Assembly: GCA_964057225.1 (NCBI GenBank)
Contig: OZ059899.1
Coordinates: 6,944,001 to 7,008,000 of the forward strand
DNA length: 64,000 bases
Reading direction: 5' to 3'
Source: Auanema rhodensis
Taxonomy: Eukaryota; Animalia; Nematoda
Shown here piece after piece: positions 27,582 to 41,200 of this stretch. The notes under the pieces are model-generated. The model was not told where the DNA came from, searched no databases, and saw only the letters and a program-made list of their open reading frames with translations. The position numbers were made by a program, and so were the translations under genes. Position 1 is the stretch's first letter, and each line of letters starts with the position of its first letter.

Positions 27582-30500
27582 TCTTAAAAAAACTGCTTAA
27601 TATACATATCTAATTTATATTCATAAAAGTACGAACTACAACATAAAAATTTATAAGTAGTAAGTAGTAACCTAGAAAAAAATTAGTAATACTGGCTACT
27701 TTGAAAGTCGAGACACCGGAAGTCATGACTGCAATTGAGTTCTATTCGCAGCATGGCTCAATGCTTTTGACCGGAACTTAGCCAATGCTTTTTCAGATCA
27801 AAACTAATTTTTTATAATAGTAACATAAACTTTTTTTTTACATAATGAACTGATGTAGAAACATGAATATATAAATGTTATTAATCTTTACAATGTAATC
27901 GATAGAAAGAGAATTTTTTTCAAATAAGTATATAATTACAAATAAAAAACTATATGGTATATACTATTGTATACTATTGTATACTATATATATATATATA
28001 TAATGTCTAAAATAAAGTCTGAAACAAGTGGGTTTCCTTGTAAATTTATGACTACTTCGATGAAATAGAATATTTCAGAATCTACAAGAGAACGAAAGAT
28101 GAAAAGGCCTAGGTTGCCATGGCGCTTTAAAATTCGGTCGTTTTCAAATAACGAACTCTAGCTATTATTACTAAAATGTTAAAACTCTGATTTAGATAGA
28201 ATATAATTATTTATAAGATAATACGATAGAACATCTAATAATAGTGAAAAAATGAATAAAAACTTTTATATATATATATTAGAAGTTATAAAATAGTTAA
28301 TTAAAATAAGACTTCAATACATGAAGAAGAGATGCATACTATATGGCACACATATTATATAATACATAATATACGCTTTCTAGTTAATCTGAAAAAATAA
28401 ATAAACATAATTAACCACATAAGATTATCACCAAATAACATATTTATTTTATTATAGTATAATTATATATTACCTTTACTATGTGTTTATTATATGTTAT
28501 TAAGTTGCAAAAAAAAAACCTAATTGAATAATATCTATAATTGTAAAAAAAAAGTTACACCCGGTTTACGAAAGACAATTTACTTTCACTCTCTTCTTTT
28601 GCTTTTTAAAAATTTTTTTGTATGTTTCTTAATCTCCTGTTGTACTGTCTGCTATTTAAACTATTTTTTTATTTCAAATCTAATTAAGTCGAATGATTTA
28701 AGATGGCAACTTCTATACTTTTTTTATATAGTTTGCCGTTCGTCTATGAAACAACTGCTGATTATTTCTCAAAAAGATATTACACTATTGGAATGCGTGT
28801 GATATTTCTGAGCAGAATAAACCTATATTGTATCTTTCAAAAAAAAAACTTTCAAAAAATTAAGAATGATTCTTATTATATATCTTATAACGTTTATCAA
28901 AAATTTTGTGCGTACATAAGTGGGTCGTGGATGCTAAAGAAACTTAACAATCAAACCTTCTCTTTACATCATTTCGTTTTTTTTTAACGTTTTTTGTGTT
29001 CTGTGTCATCTGTCGTGTCACCTTTCATCGTTTATCATTCTTTACAATCAGCTTAGCATGTCTTTTCTCGTAGTTTTTTGTTTCTGTGGCTGCTCCGTCA
29101 TCGGGATTTTATGTGAAAAAAAAGCTGTGAAAGATTCAACCGCATGTTTCCGTCTCTTATCATACGATACGCCTTTTATTATATAATTATTATGTTATAT
29201 TTTTTAATCAAAAATTTATCTAAATATTCTGATATAAATGAAAATCTTTGTTATGATAGCTCTTGATATTTTCATTTATCTAAAATCAGTCTATTAGTTT
29301 CATTTAACGGCCTTGTCTTTAACAGATTCACTAACCGGACCAACACATATTATATTTTGACAGGTCATCAAACTAAATTGATATATAAGATAGATAGATG
29401 ATATTATTATAATACCTATATGTCAAATCAGAAAATTTCCCTTTTCACATACATACATATCATTTTCAATATTTTAGCCTTCTATTGCCTTTTATCGAAA
29501 ATTCTAAATTTAATTCAAATTTCTCAATTCTTTGTCTTCATCTTGGCTAATCACACATGAATTTGTTTTTTTTCTCAGGACAACATATAAGATTATGTTA
29601 TGACTTTTCCTAAGAAAGTACTTACACAATCATAAAACGAATTTATTTTTTTCTTTAAAATATCATATATTTTCATGTTTTTTTATATATTTTTATATTA
29701 TTTCATTGTTATCTCTGTATATTGATTTTTTTTATGTTCAAATAATGTTTAATAATCACTCATTTTACTAATGGTGCACCCTTTGAGAAAGCTTTTCCTG
29801 TTCCTCTTCTCTGCCACTGTATCGTTGTCGGCCATCATGATATGCTCTGATAGGCGTAGTTTTTATTTCTAATTTTATCAAAAATTTGTTTCAAACATTT
29901 CCCAGATGGTTCTGACTCAATGTTGTTTGTTCTATTCCTAAAATCTTTAATTTTTTCTGAGACAAACGATAATTATAATTTTTATTCTGACATACACCTA
30001 ATATAAAAATAATTACACATTATTTAAATTAATATATTTCTTATATATTGTCATATTTTAACTTGCAACTTAGTTTTAGCAAAAAATAATCGATTATCCT
30101 GTGAACACATGTGCTTCGGTTTATTTTGAAAAATCTTGTAGGCCTTTACATTAAGAAGAAATTTTGTCCTTATTTTATCGAATTGTCCTTTATTAATCAT
30201 CAAAACATAACAATATTCCTCTTCAGGAGATTATTTTCATAACAGAGTGGAATTTGATTTGATTTCCATCTCATTTCATCTCATCTCATCTCTCACTTAG
30301 TGATTTAAGTTGGTTCATGGTTAAAATGGTTCCTGTTTCACAAATGTTCTTCAATATCCGAGACAATGATCGACTAAATTTAATCCCTCAAGCTATGACA
30401 TTATCTTATCAAATTTCGATTACTCAAACAAAACGTTTTTTTTTTCAATAAAATAGTTTAACTATCCCATCATTATATTTATTCTTCTGATGTTTTTGCA

Positions 30501-31381
30501 GTTGATCTTCTCAAGATAAACTTGAAGAAGCTACTCCAAACGCCCCCAGTTCCGTTTGTAGATGAAGAAACTACCTATGACTGATATGATGAAACACTAA
30601 CAAACAGACCAGCTGACACCTGAAAACAAATCTCAATTAATCGTCAAATGTATAAACTTATGTATTTTTTCCCGAAACATCAAACTGGACAAACGCGGGT
30701 GAAAAGTGAGATGCAGAATAACAAGCGGCATCAATCATTTTTTCTACTTATTTCCAAATGATCGATGTTCTTCCTTTTTTTTAAATGTTAAATCGTTAGT
30801 TAAAAGAAGGCTCTTGTTGTTTTTCTGTGTTTATTTCACTATTCTCTTATCCAGATTTGTCAATCTTTTTTCAATATCAATTTGACAATCTATAGTTTCA
30901 TGATTTTATCATCTATTTCCTTCTTTTAAAGTTTCTGAATAGTTTTAACGTTATACAATTAAATATTTTCAAGATTAAAATACTATAAAATACTCAATCC
31001 AAGAACTTAGAAATATTTTTATCGTTCATATGTTCCTGTGCAAACACAAAAAAAATAGAAACAATACTGTCAAACATGGTTTTCATCCATCTTAAGCAGG
31101 TCGTTTCTCGCATTAGTTCCCTTTTGTTCTTTCCAAATTTTCAAACAAGGCCATCTCTACTCTAGTCTTTTCTCTCTCTCTCTCTCTCTTTCTCTTTCAG
31201 CACCACCCTCAAGTTACAAATTGATCACATCGTCCTTTTCTATTTTTCGCCATTTTGTTTGTATCGTTGCTGATAATTAACGAATCTATTGGATTTACTA
31301 TCTAAATTCACTAAACATTCAGTAAAATACTCTTCGAACGCCATCATATCTACCTTGAGCTTGTCGTCTGCTGAATAGAAG

Positions 31382-34300
31382 ATGCTCTCCAAGGGTATGT
31401 TTAAATATAGTTTTCTTGTTCATTTCACAATAATACTGTATAAATATATGATAGTACTAACAAAATAGTGATATTAACCAGTTTTTGCAACTGTAAGTTG
31501 AATAAATTTTAAAAAATAGTTGAATATGGGTATATATCTCATCTAAACAATCGAATTGTCTTTTAGTAGACAAATAACCTTCTCAAAAATCGATCGCGTA
31601 TTTCATAAAGTTGTTCCGATCTATTTTCAATTTCAACTTTCAGATTTGTTCATTTGAAACCGTAATGGCCTCATTTGATTTTACATCAATATTTCATTTA
31701 AGTTTGACAAAAAAAATTGTTGTGCAGTGCTAAGAATACATAAATAAATGAATGCAAATACAACTTAATTGCAACTCATACCAATAGAATAGATAGTTTT
31801 ACTATATTATGAAGTTTTTTTAAAAAAAACTGTCTTTTATTGATAAGAAAAGATAATAAATCACCAAATCAAATAGTCCATTCTGTCACATATTTTGAAC
31901 AGCGAACATTCTGTTAAAATTATTTTTGGGATTGTAATGTGACAATTTATTATTGTTGATAGTTCAAACATTCAAAAAATATTTAGTAATTTGTTTTTTT
32001 TAATACTAATACTTCAGGATGGGTTAAGCTACAGATTGAACCTGTCGATGTAACGGTCGATAACGAGGATTCTCTTCTATTCTCTACCGTTCAATCTGTA
32101 GTCCCTGGAGCCCATGGTCTGTATTACCGTGAAAATGGTCAGAGAAAAGCTTTGGGGTGAATAATTAAAAGATTAATAGTGAAATAATCTAAGAATTTCA
32201 GTTTTGACACTAATACAGGACGTGTGTTTGCACCTCCATCTGGATGGCAAGCTCAAGATATATTTGTTCATCTTGGTAAATATATTATATTACTTTTACT
32301 TTTGAAACTATAATTTTTTATGAGTATTTTACATGATTAATTTATCTATTAAACATCAAACAACGTCTAATTTATTTTTAGCTCATGGTTCTAAACACGG
32401 CATGCACTATGCAGACTATTCAAAGGCAACAGCTCAATTTGAGAAAAACGTATCAGCTGTTCAGAAGCTTTTCGGTTTGACTTCAACATCATGTTGCAAG
32501 TAATTCTAATATATTTTATTTTCAGCTGGACTAGGATATGGTGGCATGACTGGTATGAAACCTATGACGCGAGCTGGTGAAAAGAAAACGAGAAGCCGCT
32601 CCAAAGTGAAGTCAGGATTTGAAGCTCAACCAGAGAATGTGCATATTAGTGAAGAGGTATTATATCAGTTATTTTGAAAATACAAAGATGTTAACCTTGT
32701 GAATGCAACCAGTTCTCGCTTTTAATCAGTTACAAATGCATTCAATTCAATTGTTATTCACATAGGTTAAACTTTGCATGAACATCTGATACATGAACCG
32801 ACAGATTATAATAGAAAATAATAAATAAAAGAAATTCAACTGATTTTATTTAATTTTTATTTGAAAAAAAAATATTATTTTTAAGAGCGACGTTGTTACA
32901 CAGTCTTCACCTGATATTGAAACAAAGACTGTTCATGAGCTCAAACATCAGTAAGTTGTTTTATGGATATTATGTCTGTAAGATTTCTAAACTAATTATT
33001 TTAAGAATTAAGGAACTTAAAAAGATAAACGAAAAGCTGAAACGAAAAAGTATTGATGAAGTGTAGGTTCCAATTTCCAATAGTAAGATATGTAACTGCG
33101 TTTAGGACATCAACTCAAATTAATCAAGAATCTGAATTAGAAAAGCTTAAACTACGTAATTCAGAATTGGAAACTAAATTAGCATCATTGTCAAATGTTA
33201 TTCAAAGCCAAGATGTATCAGCTAGTGAATCGTTAGTAGAAGTATAGATATATTCTTCATTAAAAATTCATTTACAGTTCTCCGCGTCGTGACAATGAAA
33301 GTGAGAAAGAAGACATGAAACTATTGTAAGTGTTAACATTAAACAAGACATTAATTTTTTTATTTGAAGGCAAAACAGGCTAATTGAAAAGGAAGAAGAG
33401 ATGAAGTTTATAATCTTTTCTAGTTATATGTCATAGTTTAACAAATTTCAGTAATCTTCACAGTGTTATTGAGGAACTAAGAGAAAAGAATAGCAATAAT
33501 GAAAAATCTCATAATGAAACACGTAGTTCATTAGATCAGCACATAGATTTGCTGAAGACTGCTAGAGACAAGTAAAAAAGCTTAGAAGAACACGATTGAT
33601 TGTTTTCTATACTTTAGAATTGCATATTTGGAGAATCAACTCAATGTTCTCTCATCAAACGATGTTGTAATTCCAGGTTTACTCAATTTCATATCGTCTG
33701 ATATAAATTTATTTGTAGTTCCTAAATGCCGTAGTCGAAATACTTCTGAGTCTCAAGATGATTCATCTTCAAAGGTACTATATTTGGAATATGTTAGGTT
33801 ATTATGAAAGAATTCCAGCATCGCTCATTAGAAGTTAAGCTTCAAATGGCTACTAATCAACTCAGAATGTGTGAATCTGATAAGCAGAAACTACAAGAAG
33901 CTAATTGGTTTGCTAATGAGCGTGTAAGCAAACTAGAAAAGGAAGTTGGATATCTCAAAGGCATGAACGATGAGATGAGGTTACGAATATCGTATTTTTC
34001 TGAGTTTTTGAACCATTGTTCAGATCACGTCTTAATGATTCAACTAGCGCGAAACTTCTAGCAGAGAGAGACCAAAGAATATCCGAATTAGCTGATCAAC
34101 GTGCAAAACTAGAATGGCGCTTGGGTGAATTGAATCAATGGTGGAATGATTCGAAGTGGAAGTAAGAAATTTTAAACAATAATTTCAATATTTGTTTGAC
34201 TGTAGAATTGGAGAATTAGAATCTAACCTTGCTCATCAACGATATTTATTGGAAACAGCTGGTAATAAAATTCAAAATCTAAACGATCAGTAAGTTATAA

Positions 34301-35495
34301 ACTATTATCTTCTTGAATAGTTTAACCAGAATTATCAAAACTAATAATGAATATAAAACTTGAAAAATATTTCAGACTCATTCTTGCACTTCGGTAAGAT
34401 TATAACTTTGTTTGATGTTTTGATTTTAACAATCAAAGTTGAAGTTATATAACCTATGAGTGTTATTTATAAAAAAAAGTTCTGTTGTCGTGTTCTAAAT
34501 AATTAAAATATTTTATGAAATACATTATTTAACTATTTTAGTGCTCCACAAGCACCAAGTTCCTCTATACCAAATTACGCTATTCGACAGGATACCAACG
34601 GACTTTGGCAACTAGCTAATGGATAGTAAGTTTTCAAAACTAAAAACTTAAGCTCAGGGTTTAATTTTCTAATCATTATCTATAAGGCGTAACTTATCAC
34701 AAACATCACTGCATGCACATCTTTGTTTCTTTCTCATTTTTATACCAGCCATTTAATTTGTGTCGTATCTTTTACGGGTGGAGAGAACATCATCAAAACG
34801 CTTTGAAAGTGAATCGATTCCTGCGGAATTGAAATCGAGAGATTGAATGCAATGCACAGAAATAATAACTTTGTTCAAGTCGTAAATTTTTTCTCACTTT
34901 CTCACAACTCAGCTTACTCAATGGTATATACCTTAGATATACTGCTAGGCTAAACAATTCAAATTAATACGCGAAAATAGTCCAAAATAATAGTCAAATA
35001 CATATTAAAAATAATAGGTTTAGTGTATTTTATCACTTTCATAAAGTATTTTCAGTTTTCCTGCAATTTCTCAACAACAAATTTTGCCAAACATTAACTC
35101 CTATCCAGTTTCCCTACCACATGTTTATGGTTATCAAAACGCCAGTTCAGTTGATACTAAACGTGTTACATTAGAAATAGAAAATGCTGAGCAAACTGAA
35201 GTTTTTGTTCTGGTTCGTGTTGTCTATATTAAAATTTTGGATTTTTTTTGTTTCAGTGCTCATTTATGAACTGGCAATGTGCTGTAAGATGTGATGCGCA
35301 GAATGCTGGCAAATCAGGAGTGATTATGAATCTTCCTCGTGGAAAGTTAGCAATCATATTTTAGCGAATCCAACATTTTGTACTTCCAGACATGAGTTCC
35401 GTTTTTTGAAAAATGGTTCTTGGACAACATCATCTCTTTATTCTTCAGTACCTAATGGTTTCGGAGGCTTCAATAATATGCTCATTGTTGAATAA
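31382..35495 (+). CDS. Protein with TDP-43 N-terminal-like domain, central coiled coil and C-terminal AMPK-beta-type glycogen-binding (CBM48) domain
   Basis: N-terminus GWVKLQIEPVDVTVDNEDSLLFSTVQSVVPGAHGLYYRENGQRKALGFDTNTGRVFAPPSGW; heptad-rich middle; C-terminus EVFVLCSFMNWQ...NLPRGKHEFRFLKNGSWTTSSLYSSVPNGFGGFNNMLIVE*. Confidence 0.8.
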
Positions 35496-35660
35496 TATTG
35501 AAATATTTATTGAAAAACCTTTAAAAGTATAACTGTGGGTTCAGAACTGGTTAAACTAGTTATTGATGTAGTGATAATATGTTAAAGTTTATAATATATC
35601 TAATCTATAAGTAGTACATATAATATAAAAAAGCATAATAGTAACAGAGCTAATATCGAA

Positions 35661-37515
35661 TTACTTATTCATGTATTGTTGAAATTTTGCAAGTTGAGAT
35701 TCATCAACAGTGGGTAGGAAATTGGATAATACAGACTCTATCAGACCAACCGTGACTGGATTACAGACAGCTTCAGATTTGCACAATGCCTTTTGTTCCT
35801 GAAAAATCTTTTAACGATTCAAAACTGAAATCGTCTAACTTTGAATCGTCGAAATTGAGCATATGCTACTTCGCTGGCAAATCTCCTAAGATCATCTCCA
35901 CTGAATCCTTCAGTTTTTGTAGAAAGCCACTCCAAACTAACGGCTGGAGATCGTGCTGTATGCTGAAAACAGAAAATATAAAAGTATGAAAAGTGCTGAA
36001 TAATAGTCACAGCTAATTTTTTCCGCAAAATAGCAACTCGGGCTGACAAACTTGGCAATCCAACATAAATTTTCTTCTCAAAACTGAAGAAATGAATAAA
36101 TTTTTTTTCTCTAAATAACAGTTATCAAACCGACGCAAGAAAGCTGGATCTAAGTCCCAAGGACAGTTTGTTGCACAAACTAACATAATGTTGCAAGTTT
36201 GTTGTAATCTTTGGATTTGAACTAGTAATTCAGTCTGAAATCGAGAAGTTAATACCAGAAATAGTGTGGAGGAATAACTTTTACTCTCCGATTTGAATCG
36301 TCTTCCGAAGAGGAGCGCATTCTACATAAGCTATCAACTTCATCAATGAATATTACGACAACTGAAATATAATAGTAATCAATTTTCATCATGATTGGAG
36401 CATACTTAAGCATTAGCTTAAGTGCCACAAAACATCACTATGATATGTATATTCGAGTAAAACCACACCTTTGTTTTGTTCAATGGCATGATCGAAAAGT
36501 TCTCGGATCAATTTCTCAGATTGTCCACTCCACGAAGATATTAGATCGGAAGATGATATCTGAGGAACAAAAAAAATTAACAATGAAAATGGGAACAAAA
36601 CCTGATAGAGAGTTGCTTTAATTTCACGAGCAGCAGCATGGCACAACGCTGTCTTACCTTTATCATACAGAACATTATACTGTAACACAATTGATATGTT
36701 TGATACCTGTTCCAGGTGGACCATAGAGTAAAACTGATTTCCATGGTTTCAAATCCGTTTTTGTGAACCATTCTGGATACAATATAGGGTCAACTAATGC
36801 TTCATTAAGTGCATTTTTCGCCTAAACGCAATTGTATCAAAGTATAAGGGAAAAAATAGAACTTCTGTAAGTCCTGCAATATCAGTTAATAAAGGTAAAG
36901 TTTCTAAATTTTTTACTATTGTATTTTCAATAGCTGCTCTGAAAATACACAAAAGTTTTAGTGTTATTAAAAAAATAGAACTTTCTAGCTTCAGAAAAAT
37001 CGTCGAATCTTTCTCTTGAATCAGTAGCGCTTATTTTATTCAATTGAGAATTACCACAGGAGCTACATTAACAAAAATAACAATAAAAATAGCGTCAGGG
37101 AAACTCACACCTCTTACATTCAGTCACACCTAGTGACATTTGGATAGTTGGGGAACCAGGTTCCATTTCATAATCCTGTTCTCCTAACACAATGAATAAA
37201 ATTAGAGTGCATATATTCCGAAATTACTAGCTATTTTATCCATCTCTAGTTTGGCAGCCGAGCTAAGCATATGACTAATAATTGATAAACTTTCAACAGC
37301 CCTTGTACCCTGCTCCTCTTTTGGGACTGAGTCAAGAATCTCAACAACAGAATCATAAGCCTGCAAAAAAAGGAACACTATTAACTACTATAACCACACA
37401 CCTGCTTTAAATCATCAACTGTGGAAGCTGGTCCCTTTTGCGCAATAGCTCGTAGAAGACTTCTGCATTTAATAAGTTTATCCTTACTTTTCTGAGGACA
37501 ATCTTGGCTTGACAT
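35661..37515 (-). CDS. Divergent VPS4/katanin-clade AAA+ ATPase with an N-terminal helical (MIT-like) region
   Basis: [103 protein letters not shown]. Confidence 0.85.
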
Positions 37516-37844
37516 TCTTAAACCATAACAACAATAACAAAACGTTCCTAAGCTTACTAAAACCATGTAAAAGATGAAGTTGAAAAAGCATGGTTGACTG
37601 GCGCGTTCTGAGAAACAGGCGCAAATTTAGAGTCAAAATTTGCATAAATAACATTATAAGATATGTGGAAGCTACAGTAAGGACACGATGCGTAATGGAT
37701 ATAAGTTTAAATTAAAGTTCAATGGTTCAGTTTTAATCAAGCTGCTAAGTTCATTCTTAATCAATTTTCATTGTTCACCGGTCTGTTACATATTTGTATT
37801 ATCCTTCGGTTTTTCTTATGTTAGACGTTTAAGCAATAATCTTA

Positions 37845-38255
37845 ATGCTAAGCCTATATAGTATCCTGACTTTGTTTCTTGGAATGTTTTGTGGAATTTT
37901 CTGCCAAAGGGTATGTTGACTAACTCCATTCATTTCTGAGAGACTTTCTCAAAGAGGCACAGAAGAAGAAGCAGACATAGACATCACCGTTCATACTCTA
38001 TACCAGTTCCACGACCTGTAACATCTTCATGCTCTCAGGTTGAATTTATTTGTTTTTTTTTCATAACTATAATCAATTTAATCGTGATATTTATTAGGGA
38101 CGTTCAAGTGACGCAAAAAGTAGCGGTCCTAGGAAATGTAAGGAAGTTTGAAACTATAATAACTTTATATTTTCTAAGTGACTTTTGTACCACCTGATGA
38201 CAACAAAACTGTGGATGAGTGCACTAGCAACTGGAGTGGGCCGGTCAATATATAA
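37845..38255 (+). CDS. Small hypothetical protein with an N-terminal hydrophobic segment and a basic tract
   Basis: Short exons MLSLYSILTLFLGMFCGIFCQ...RHRRRSRHRHHRSYSIPVPRP...GRSSDAKSSGPRK|LTFVPPDDNKTVDECTSNWSGPVNI* with plausible GT-AG introns. The true start may lie upstream. Confidence 0.45.
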
Positions 38256-38336
38256 ATAAAATATGTATTTAAAACATATCATCGAAAAAAAAATTGTTAG
38301 CTTAATTAACTCGTTATGTACACAATTCGAAGCTAT

Positions 38337-39969
38337 TTAATAAAAGAACATTACCACCGAAAATATAGTTATGATAATATAAATTGAAGGTAACGAAACC
38401 AGTTGTCGTAAAGCGTATCCCGTGGTCCAGTCATCTGAAACTCAACGTTTTTCTATGGTAATATTTTGGTTAAAGAACCTAATTTTGCAGGTATTTTATA
38501 AATTATTATAGGATCTTGAATGTGTCGCCTTCTTACTTCTTTAATCAATAAATATATTATTCCTATTATGGATAAAAGAAGATGTAAAGACCAAAATATT
38601 ACTGAAAAACAAGTTATTCAATTAATTTTGCTGAAATCAAACCTTGGTTTGGTAAGGTGTAATAGTGTAGTGGAAGTACTTCAATCATATCTTGTAAGAA
38701 AATTCCAATAAATAGAATATTTATAAGGAATAAAGAAGCTGAATATGATTTCTCAATCGTAATTGATGCACATACGTTGAAAATTGCAAATAATATAGAT
38801 GGAAGAGTTACTGTAGTGTAGTAGTATGGTGCATTTCTCTGAAGTGTAACTGTGACAGCAATACTTTGTCTGAAATAATTATTTTATTCACATCAAACTT
38901 AGAAATGTTTTTACCTTCCACGTTGGCTTGTTACTTGAGAATCATTTAATCCCAAAATTTTGAAACTTCCACTAGTTGTACGATTTTCAACTTCATTTTC
39001 GCGAATAGTTATTGCTAAATACAGAAGTAAGTCATGTATTACTAAATCAGATATGGATACCAAATAATTCATCATTTCCCGAAACAGGTAAAGATTTGCC
39101 AATACGAATTTTATCTTCATTTGGCTTTAGAATAAAAATGCATTCATGTTTGTCATATGGATAATTAGTTAAATCTGTAAATTAAGTTTCATAATAAATT
39201 TTTTTAAAAAATGAACAAAATACCCAATGGACATCCAACTTTTATATAATAGGTTGGGCAAGTTATCAGCAAAGGTGGATCGTAATGTCTTACTTTCACT
39301 CGATCAGGGCGATGATCTACCATGTCAAATACTCCATTACCACTGCAAACATTATTTTCTTATATAATATAATCATATATAAGAAAAGTACCTCCCAACT
39401 ACATAAAGCTTTGGACTCCATATGTCGTATGGTCCGATCGCCATAAACTTTATGCCGCTATAGCTGTTAGGATCCCATTTTAATCTCTCATCTGTCCAAG
39501 TCTGTTAAGACAACGTATATAATTATCTTAAATGTTTTGCAAATTTAGTAATGTACCAAGCAAATAGTAAAAGAAGCATGAAACAACTGCTTATCCTCGT
39601 CTAGAAAGAAGTAAGGCATATGAGCAGGTACATAATCTAGAGTAACCTGAAAATTTTCAAAAATATTGTAGTTAATATTTTAACTTACCACATCGTTTTT
39701 TAAAGGCATGGTAGCTCCAAGTGAAAGAACTTTTTTCTCTAGTTCTCTCCGATACTCACCATCCGATTTTTCCTCTAAAATCATTATTGAATACAAAGTG
39801 AACAGAATAATTTCTAACCTTCTACTTCTATTCCTTCGGTATCATCTTGATAATCTTCAAAAAAAATATTTTTTAACGCAATTAAAAGGAAAATACCGTA
39901 ATCAAACTGTGCAGATATATATTCAGAAAATATCAGAATATAGAATAAGGTTAATGTGCGTATTTTCAT
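38337..39969 (-). CDS. Divergent Cys-loop ligand-gated ion channel subunit (orphan lgc type)
   Basis: Signal peptide MKIRTLTLFYILIFSEYISA; WTDERLKWDP; IWSPKL; Cys-loop CPLDLTNYPYDKHEC; pre-M1 LQRNAPYY; four hydrophobic segments. Confidence 0.8.
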
Positions 39970-40182
39970 TTCGAAATGATGTTTCTGATGTTTATTGGCT
40001 TCCATTCAATGAAGAGGTCAGATATAAACAGTTCAGTAGCTATGTATCAAATTTCTATATGATTGTATCATAGAAGCGGTTGTGATTCACTAATTTCGAA
40101 TATAGAAATATTTTTTATTTGAAGGCACTCGTACCAAATACGTCGCAATCATTGATATGCTTTGAAATGCCCACCGTATAAC

Positions 40183-40335
40183 TGTCTTCAGTCAGGATAA
40201 TTCTGATTTGCAAAGCTGTCAGTGATGTAAAAAAGTAATGATTCTAAGTGAATTAGAGCTAGCGGTAACACAGGACCGCAACTCCTGTTGTATATCATTT
40301 TTGAGGCAGAATAAACATTCTATTTAAGTGATGAA
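40183..40335 (+). repeat. 153-bp direct repeat, copy 1 (candidate structured ncRNA)
   Basis: Matches 41201-41353 except for 2 substitutions near the 3' end. Confidence 0.95.
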
Positions 40336-40418
40336 AGGTTAAATTTTCAAAGTAAAATTGTATTTCATATTAAGAAACAGTTTAAATGGTGAATTTCAAC
40401 ATACATCTTCAATTATTA

Positions 40419-41069
40419 ATTAATCATGATGAGGATTATAGAAAGTAGTATTGGCGAATTCAGAGGATAGCAGAGAATCGTTATGTATGCTTTCAGCAGA
40501 TACAGAGATGGATGATGATGTTGCTAAAATTTTATGAATTGGTAATCAACTATAATTACATAAATATGAACTTGTCTGATTAACATTCAGCATCGATTTA
40601 ACAGGCCTCAATCTCCTTCCTTCGGACACACTTTGTCTTCTATTATAATATTGTTGGAATCTATTTTAAATATTTCAACCTCCTGTGATTTTCAAAACGA
40701 TCTTCTGGCACCATCGTATGACAACAAGGATTATTCGGCATTATGATATACTGAGGGTGATTTTGACAGGCTGCCATGGTCTCTACAATATTTTGCATAA
40801 ATAAGGTCATTGGCTATTTGCTTACTTACCTTGTGCACCAAAAGAATTATCTATTTTTTCTAGCATATTCAATACATTTAGATTCAAAGAACGTATTTCT
40901 TCGCTTAGTTTATTTATTTTCTAAATCGCATTGATGCTAATAATAAATCATATCAAACCTCATCAGTAGTTTCCTTTTTGCTTACTTTGGATAGACTAAA
41001 TTTTTAAAGTTTTAAATGGATTAAATTCAAACCGCCTATTTACTTAACACTGCTAACTTTACGTGGCAT
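40419..41069 (-). CDS. Possible small multi-exon hypothetical gene
   Basis: Several short exon-like pieces with GT/AG ends (MPRKVSSV.., KVSKKETTDE, MAACQNHPQYIIMPNNPCCHTMVPEDRFENHR, FQQYYNRRQSVSEGRRLRPVKSMLN). I could not make every junction phase-consistent. Confidence 0.3.
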
Positions 41070-41200
41070 TGTCAACCGCTTTTCCTCTTTTCGGTTTTAT
41101 AAATGAATTTTAAAAAATCATATGAAACGCATTTCTAAAATACGAACTCGTATGAAATACGGTTTGAAATTAAATCTATTCCCAATATTCTTTTGTGTTT

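Noticed and set aside
28113-28126. Second X-box-like word GTTGCCATGGCGCT upstream of ttll-11
   Set aside because: The right half-site lacks the RAC ending, so only a half match.
37848-37856. CTAAGCCTA telomere-template-like word
   Set aside because: It falls in a probable coding exon with no structured context; expected by chance.
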